Below are positions 26,805 through 32,000 of a stretch of DNA of 32,000 nt, in pieces (the stretch's first letter is position 1; the number at the start of each line of letters is the position of its first letter). The stretch is from Acaryochloris thomasi RCC1774 (GTDB taxonomy: Bacteria > Cyanobacteriota > Cyanobacteriia > Thermosynechococcales > Thermosynechococcaceae). A program made the position numbers and the translations under genes. Under the pieces are notes generated by a model that worked only from the letters and a program-made list of their open reading frames with translations, was not told where the DNA came from and did not search any database. The stretch is taken from the NCBI RefSeq assembly GCF_003231495.1, contig NZ_PQWO01000034.1, positions 1 through 32,000 on the forward strand. Reading direction: 5' to 3'.

Positions 26805-27797
26805 CTAATCATCAAACAAAAAGCTCAAACCATCTTCTCCTTTTCTGTCTGCACGGGCTGTTTCTACGCGCTCCCAGAGCCGTTCATCATCGCGGTAGAT
26901 TGACATAGCTTGCTCTGCCAGACGAGCCTCTACCTCACTGCCACGGGAGATAGTCTCCACAACGTAGTCAAAAGCCTCTGGCAGCCGCAGGAGAGCAATG
27001 GCTTCGAACGCAATCCTCTGTCGTTCCTCATCGAGACTGTTCTCTGCGAATTCTCGCAGTGCATTGAAAGCTAGCAATCGCCGTGAAGATCCCAAGGTAA
27101 TTGCTGCAACAGAGACTACATCAATATCGGAAGACTCTAGAAACTGAGCCACAAACCGAACCGTTTCATCTTCCTCCTCAGAATTATTGGGGGGACCAGA
27201 TAAGGCAAACAAGACCGAGAAAATTTCTTCTAGAACCCTGACATTGAGTTCTCCACTGAGTGCCCTCAATCGGAGCAAAGCGATGGGCGTTGCTCCTGAA
27301 AAACAGCTCAGCGCCTGCGCTGCCCCTGCTCTGGCTTCGGTCTCTGGGTCTGCCAATAGATCAGCGATGTAGAGTAGGGCATCAGCATATCCAGTTTCAG
27401 CCAGTGCCACCGCGCATTCAGCTCTGAGTTGAGCGGCCCGATCTTCTTTGCCACCCCAGACTGCCTCAAACTGTTTGTACCGTATGCCCCGTATGTAGGT
27501 GGTCGGTTCATAGGCTTTCAAACGTCGCAAAGCCTTAATGATATTCGCCTTTCCTATACAGCCCGGATCAACATTAGCTCCATTGTGGCTTAGTCGTTCG
27601 TATGCTTTCAGCATGTCAGGGATGCCATCTTTCCATTCCAGTTTGGCCGCAATCTTCGCCGCTTTGCCCACAGCAACGCCATGCTTGCTCATGAATCCCC
27701 GGCGCAAGGCAAACCACGTCTCTTCATTGGGGGGAGCATCAGCCAATTGATCTAGTTGCGAAAGGACTGTCTCGATATCGTTTTTTCGCTTTGCCAT
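26805..27797 (-). CDS. HEAT-repeat protein encoded immediately 3' of umuC
   Basis: Repeated alpha-solenoid motifs of the PBS-lyase HEAT type (LLADPETEARAGAAQAL; SSDIDVVSVAAITLG; DEERQRIAFEAIALL). Start is either ATG 27797, or GTG 27860 overlapping the umuC stop (GTGA). Confidence 0.8.
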   Translation of the reverse strand: MAKRKNDIETVLSQLDQLADAPPNEETWFALRRGFMSKHGVAVGKAAKIAAKLEWKDGIPDMLKAYERLSHNGANVDPGCIGKANIIKALRRLKAYEPTTYIRGIRYKQFEAVWGGKEDRAAQLRAECAVALAETGYADALLYIADLLADPETEARAGAAQALSCFSGATPIALLRLRALSGELNVRVLEEIFSVLFALSGPPNNSEEEDETVRFVAQFLESSDIDVVSVAAITLGSSRRLLAFNALREFAENSLDEERQRIAFEAIALLRLPEAFDYVVETISRGSEVEARLAEQAMSIYRDDERLWERVETARADRKGEDGLSFLFDD

Positions 27798-27856
27798 TGT
27801 TTCATCCCGAGCTTGAATGCCCTTGGTTGAACTTATATATTCAGTCCCCCTTAGTA

Positions 27857-29146
27857 TCACCTCACCACCGGCAAATCATCCCACCGTGTCGTATACGCCG
27901 GAGTACACTGCTGCCGTCTCATCGCCCACTGCTGAGTGCAACCCTCACTAGCAAAGAAGACAGCCCTGCGACCATACAGACGATTGAGCTGATCGACAGT
28001 ATTCATAAGCGCGATCGCCTTCTCGCTGTCCCTTTCTTGAAAGAGATGCCCCTGCATTGCATTGTCCTGCGAGATATTCAGCAACATCACCCCTGCCTTC
28101 GCATACCGTGGCCCTTTTCTGTAGATACGCCTGAGTACTTGCCCTGCCGCATTGATCAGCTTGCGGGTGTCAGCAGTCGGCATCGCAAACTTGGCTAAGG
28201 CCGACTGCGAGTAATACTCTTCATCAGGATTATGCCGTCCAGTGCGGATGGAAACCTGAATTGCACCACAGACTGAGTTCTGCGATCGCAACTTCTCCGC
28301 TGCCTTGGTTGAGTGCATGGCGACAGACTGCAGCAGTGGCTCTAGCTCTACGACTCGCTCACCGAAGGACCGCGAGGAAATGATCTGCTTCTTTGGCTGT
28401 ATCTCTTCAACCCCGATGCAGGGCACCCCCCGTAGCTCCATGATGATTCGCTGCATCACCACGCTGTATTGTCGCCGCATCGAATCAGGATCTGCATCTC
28501 TCAGGTTTTTAGCGGTATGGATGCCAGAGGCTCGGAGCTTCTTTGATAAGCGCCGCCCAATGCCCCAGATGTCCTGTACCTCGATAGTCTCCAGAACATG
28601 ATCTAGTGATTCTGCGCTGCCCAGGTTAAACACTCGCCCTGGAATCTTCCGCTTTTTACAAACGCGGTTGGCGATTTTGGCTAAGACGCGAGTAGGCCCA
28701 ATGCCGACAGAGACAGGGATGCCCGTATGCCGTAGGGTTGTAGCTGCAATCTCGCGGGCATAGGCATCGAGCGAGAGATGACAGAAGCCCGAGAGATCGA
28801 GCCAAGCTTCATCGATCGAATAGACTTCTATCTCAGGCGTAAATTGCCCCAGCGTATTCATCACCCTGGCTGACATATTTCCGTAGAGCGTGTAATTGCT
28901 GGAGACTATCACTGCTTTCATTTCATCAAGCTGATCGCGGATCTGGAAGTAGGGGGCACCCATCGGAATGCCTGCCTCCTTCAGTTCGTTGGAGCGGGCC
29001 ACAATGCAGCCGTCGTTATTACTCAAGATCCCGAGGGGCCGTTTTGCCCATTTAGGCTTGAAAATTCGCTCACAACTCGCGTAGAAGTTGTTGCAATCTA
29101 CTAAAGCTATCTGTTGCGAAGTTTTAGACAGTTTTTCTAAAGACAC
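27857..29146 (-). CDS. umuC: Y-family DNA polymerase V catalytic subunit (UmuC)
   Basis: LVDCNNFYASCERIF, SNNDGCIVARS, YSIDEAWLDL, GIGPTRVLAKIAN and IWGIGRR are hallmark UmuC/DinB blocks. The GTG start overlaps the umuD 3' end by 23 nt. Confidence 0.92.
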   Translation of the reverse strand: MSLEKLSKTSQQIALVDCNNFYASCERIFKPKWAKRPLGILSNNDGCIVARSNELKEAGIPMGAPYFQIRDQLDEMKAVIVSSNYTLYGNMSARVMNTLGQFTPEIEVYSIDEAWLDLSGFCHLSLDAYAREIAATTLRHTGIPVSVGIGPTRVLAKIANRVCKKRKIPGRVFNLGSAESLDHVLETIEVQDIWGIGRRLSKKLRASGIHTAKNLRDADPDSMRRQYSVVMQRIIMELRGVPCIGVEEIQPKKQIISSRSFGERVVELEPLLQSVAMHSTKAAEKLRSQNSVCGAIQVSIRTGRHNPDEEYYSQSALAKFAMPTADTRKLINAAGQVLRRIYRKGPRYAKAGVMLLNISQDNAMQGHLFQERDSEKAIALMNTVDQLNRLYGRRAVFFASEGCTQQWAMRRQQCTPAYTTRWDDLPVVR

Positions 29147-29552
29147 CTGTGACCACCCCCCAGATCACTAACTCAGACTCCCGAGTGATCCGAATCGGCT
29201 TGTACTCCTTGTTCTCTGGCCGCAGCTCTAGCACCCTGCCTTGCTTGTAGAGTCGCTTAACGGTCAGCTCACCCTCAATGGCCGCAATAACGATAGAGCC
29301 GTGTATCGCTTCAACTGCCCTATCAACCACCAGATAATCGCGGTCAAAGATGCCCGCTTCCACCATTGAATCGCCCGACACCCGCATGAAGAAGGTTGCT
29401 GAAGGATGTGCGATCGCAAGGTCGTTGAGGTCGAGATTACACTCAATGTAGCTATCAGCCGGAGAGGGGAAGCCAGCAGGGACAAGGGAGCTGAGCAGTG
29501 GGCGTTCTAGGAGAGATAGACCTTTTAGCTCGTGAATAGATTGAACTTGCAT
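29124..29552 (-). CDS. umuD: UmuD-like S24 LexA-family self-cleaving peptidase
   Basis: VPAGFPSPA (Ala-Gly cleavage-site context), HPSATFFMRVSGDSM (catalytic Ser) and ELTVKRL (catalytic Lys) line up closely with UmuD. Confidence 0.9.
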   Translation of the reverse strand: MQVQSIHELKGLSLLERPLLSSLVPAGFPSPADSYIECNLDLNDLAIAHPSATFFMRVSGDSMVEAGIFDRDYLVVDRAVEAIHGSIVIAAIEGELTVKRLYKQGRVLELRPENKEYKPIRITRESELVIWGVVTGVFRKTV

Positions 29553-29976
29553 AGTGGACTAAGTATTCATTGACTGAAAACCCCATTGGCAAAGAAGTAG
29601 ACACGCGAAACTTGCCCGTGCAGAGGCTCAAAGTGAGAGGTCTTGCAGGATGCTGGTATCTATGTACTGAAAGCGTACCACAGGTTTTCTTGGGATTTCC
29701 AGTGTGTTCGCTCGATAGACGGAAGTTTGGACTTTTGGAAGGCTGTAGAGTTGAGATCGCTGGGGGGGCTGCCGTTTTGGTGAGAGGGGGGCAGTTTGAA
29801 GGGAAGAAAGACTGATTGCGGAGTGCCTAGATCTGTGAACGCTTCTAGGATTACGATGAGGGCTATCGACGCTACTTGAATGGTTTAGCAGGGGGCATGA
29901 ATTGAGTAAACAGAGGCAGGAGAGACTCTCAAGATTTCATCCACTGCTGATCTCACCCAGTTTTGCAATACTCCCC

Positions 29977-30192
29977 TTAGTTGTACTCTCCAGGAGTATC
30001 TATCTTCCTGACAGTCACCCTGCCAACTTTTCTCCCTGACATTCTCAGTAGTTCATCGCCTGAAAATTCAAAACCAAGCTTTAGCGCTATTCGCGCAACA
30101 TCATCTGCAGTTGATGCTGCTTGCACCTCACTTTTTAATGCAGGCTCAGACTGCATTTTCTGTAAAAATGCCTCAAGTTGATCTATCGCCAT
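29977..30192 (-). CDS. Nif11-domain small protein (71 aa), possible RiPP-type precursor
   Basis: MAIDQLEAFLQKMQSEPALKSEVQAASTADDVARIALKLGFEFSGDELL matches the Nif11 N-terminal leader pattern. The 22-aa basic tail (RMSGRKVGRVTVRKIDTPGEYN) has no GG cleavage motif. Confidence 0.8.
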   Translation of the reverse strand: MAIDQLEAFLQKMQSEPALKSEVQAASTADDVARIALKLGFEFSGDELLRMSGRKVGRVTVRKIDTPGEYN

Positions 30193-30264
30193 ACTTTATA
30201 TTTTTATTCTCGCAAGCTGGTCGTGTGTTGAATAGGAAAACCATTCTAAGCTTCTAGTACTGTA

Positions 30265-31397
30265 TCAATAATTGATTGCTGGGTAGAGTCTTTGTAGCTT
30301 GACTCTGGCCTCCTGGGTTGTGAAGCGCCAGTTAATCCACGTCCCCTTCTGATTGCGATGGCTATTCCAAGCACTCACCTGCTTTTGTAGGTTTTGAAAA
30401 TCAGCAATGCGTTGGTCTAAGCATTGGCGAGCAAGAATACTCAATTCAATCTCAGCCATATTCAGCCAGCTTCCATGTTTGGGTGTGTAGACAAACTCAA
30501 GCCGAGACAAAATCCGTCGAGCTTCTTGTGGAGCAAACGCTTTGTAGAGTGATGAAGGCGAATGAATATTGAGATTATCTTGAACAAGCGTGATTTGACG
30601 GGCCTCAGGATAAAACACATCCACTAGCTCCTTGAGCAGATGTGCATAATCGAGTGCGGTTCTGCGTTGGGTGACCTTTACATACCGTGCTCCCACTATC
30701 GGCTCACATAGCATGAAGAGATTGGCCGTTCCATTACGCTCATACTCATAATCGACACGCTCTGGTTGACCGCGTCGAGCGGCAATGGGGATGGTGATTT
30801 CTTTAACCAGTTGCTTGGTGGCTTCATCGAGACAAATTAACGGGTTTCTCAAGTCATAGGGACGCTCATAGACGGCTAAGATCTCCTCCATACGCCAGAC
30901 AAACTCTGCATTCTGATGCGGTGGAATTACCCAACAAGTCTTTCGCCAAGGTTGCAATGCATTTTTTTTAGCGTTCCTCGGACGGTTTCATAACTGAGGT
31001 GGTCGATGTAGCCTAATTCGACCATTTGGTCGGCGAGTAATCGCAGTGTCCAGCGAGCATGGCCGACCGGCGGTTCGCTACAGCGTAAGGCAATCAGATG
31101 AGCTTCTTGCTCTCCCTGCATTTTTCGCTTGCGACCTGAACCAGAGCGTTGATTGATGGCAGCATCAAGGCCTTCTTCAACGAATCGCTGACGCACCCTC
31201 TCAATGGTTCGAACACTTACGCCTATCGCGTCATGAATCTCTCTATCACAGCAACCGCCACTGGCTTGGTTAACATCGGCTTTGAGGAGAATACGGGCAT
31301 GATTAATCTGCCTAGCCCCCCGTCTACCAGTTGTAATGAAGGTGTGCAGGTGCTGTTGCTCTGCATCACTCAGGGCGACAATATAGCGTTTGGCCAT
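30265..31397 (-). CDS. IS630-family transposase, orfA (HTH) + orfB (DDE) joined by a -1 frameshift
   Basis: orfA (156 aa) ends ...TLKKMHCNLGERLVG*. Slipping -1 on the A8 run gives TLKK-NALQPWRKTCWVIPP, the usual IS630 junction. orfB carries the DDE region (LCLDEATKQL ... LVQDNLNIH ... NMAEIELS). Confidence 0.85.
30962..30969 (-). promoter_or_regulatory. A8 slippery run: candidate programmed -1 ribosomal frameshift site of the IS630 transposase
   Basis: T8 on the plus strand is CTA AAA AAA ATG in the orfA frame. The orfB frame lies one nucleotide upstream. Confidence 0.6.
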
Positions 31398-31574
31398 TGG
31401 GCTATCCCAGAATGCATCAGGACCATTCTACAAATAAACCCGTCAGTCAATACTTGACTCAATACTAGTAAATTCTACAGTAGATAAACTACCCCGCCCT
31501 TTTTGAGATGGGGTAGTTCATCTGCTCAGTTTTGGATTTTTTACGCTTCCTTGCCGCAATATCTAGCTGAGCAC

Positions 31575-32000
31575 CTATGTCTTTGGCATTTGATAGAGAG
31601 GAATCCAGCCCCTTTGATACCAGTTGTACTGTTCGGCCACTGGCTGCATAGCCTCAATATGAGGCTTTGAGATCCCTCGCTTGAGTAAATCTGTTCGAGG
31701 CATGATATCTGCCGGACGGCTGCTTTTGCTGTAGTAGCGAGGTGGGTAGCGATCCATAATCTCCTTAGGCTGTTCCACGGCGTAAAGCAGCCGAAACACC
31801 TTGCCAGATTTAGAGAGATAGTAAGCATCAGGATTCAGTTCCTCACGTATCCAAGGCATGTAATCCTTGAAGAAGCTGAAGGGCTTCAGATCGTCTGGTA
31901 TATTTTTCTGGAGTCGATAGCTGGGCATGTCAGGGTTTTTCGAGATGTTTTGCCACGCATCGTATGGAAATCCCGTAAATACCTTTGTATACAGATTAAG
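31575..32000 (-). CDS. Hypothetical protein, C-terminal part; the ORF stays open to the window edge
   Basis: By hand translation the frame continues upstream of the listed ATG (31928) with no stop as far as 32000 (...LNLYTKVFTGFPYDAWQNISKNPD-MPSYRLQ...). No motif recognised. Confidence 0.5.
   Translation of the reverse strand, partial: LNLYTKVFTGFPYDAWQNISKNPDMPSYRLQKNIPDDLKPFSFFKDYMPWIREELNPDAYYLSKSGKVFRLLYAVEQPKEIMDRYPPRYYSKSSRPADIMPRTDLLKRGISKPHIEAMQPVAEQYNWYQRGWIPLYQMPKT

Larger units (their letters stand above)
30257..31465 (-). mobile_element. Complete IS630-family insertion sequence (1209 bp) flanked by a TA duplication
   Basis: The terminal inverted repeats match at 20 of 28 positions by hand alignment (GTACTGTATCAATAATTGATTGCTGGGT at 30257, against the reverse complement of 31438-31465). 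TA lies on both flanks (30255-30256 and 31466-31467). The two-ORF transposase lies inside. Confidence 0.85.

Noticed and set aside
29570-29815. 81-aa plus-strand ORF in the umuD upstream region
   Set aside because: It has a TTG start and a Gly/Arg-rich tail arising from G-runs, and it lies where the umuD promoter and operators are expected.
31487-31518. 9-bp stem (AACTACCCC / GGGGTAGTT) with a 14-nt loop, considered as an intrinsic terminator
   Set aside because: The structure is real, but no U-tract follows it directly on the minus strand. On the plus strand a T-rich tract comes only 10-20 nt later. I could not assign its function.
31541-31828. 95-aa alternate-frame ORF overlapping the last gene
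   Set aside because: It is nested in the longer ORF that remains open to the window edge, and it is Cys/Arg-rich shadow sequence.
1-32000. Searched by eye for CRISPR arrays, tRNA/tmRNA (GGTTCGAATCC-type T-arms), rRNA, retron/DGR-type repeats and restriction or defence ATPases
   Set aside because: No regularly spaced direct repeats, no T-arm motif outside coding sequence, and no reverse transcriptase, nuclease or ATPase ORFs were seen.

Overview
No database search was possible, so all calls rest on motifs read directly from the ORF translations and the DNA. The window looks like a cyanobacterial chromosome segment: it has 7 perfect HIP1 octamers (GCGATCGC), a cyanobacteriochrome-type GAF domain, a PatA-type regulator and a Nif11-type peptide. 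Layout: (1) 193-5667 holds a divergent pair of large GGDEF-EAL c-di-GMP proteins; one has a DXCF cyanobacteriochrome GAF sensor, the other an FHA domain. (2) 5690-11029 holds a divergent HU paralog, hypothetical genes, an alpha/beta hydrolase, a decayed Cys-rich mini-gene, a ~650-bp ORF-less AT-rich tract and an APH-family kinase. (3) 11.4-13.1 kb holds a disrupted transposase. (4) 13284-23096 is a minus-strand chemosensory locus: cheR-TPR, an AT-rich spacer, PatA-type RR, double CheW, PilJ-type MCP, CheA-REC, a small CheB-type receiver, then CheB. (5) 23.1-26.6 kb holds a long inverted repeat, hypothetical genes, the better-preserved Cys-rich paralog and two convergent polytopic membrane proteins. 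(6) 26805-29552 is a umuD-umuC operon with a third, HEAT-repeat gene. (7) The right end holds an orphan Nif11-type peptide gene, a complete IS630-family element with an A8 frameshift site, and a partial ORF running off the window. The best candidates for undescribed biology are the chemosensory locus, the umuDC-HEAT (plus membrane protein) module, and the 15-bp perfect inverted repeat in the cheR upstream region. In the chemosensory locus a Tfp/PilJ-like core carries CheR and CheB. The CheB receiver has lost its phospho-acceptor Asp, while an intact CheB-like receiver is encoded separately next to it. I saw no tRNA, rRNA or CRISPR array.
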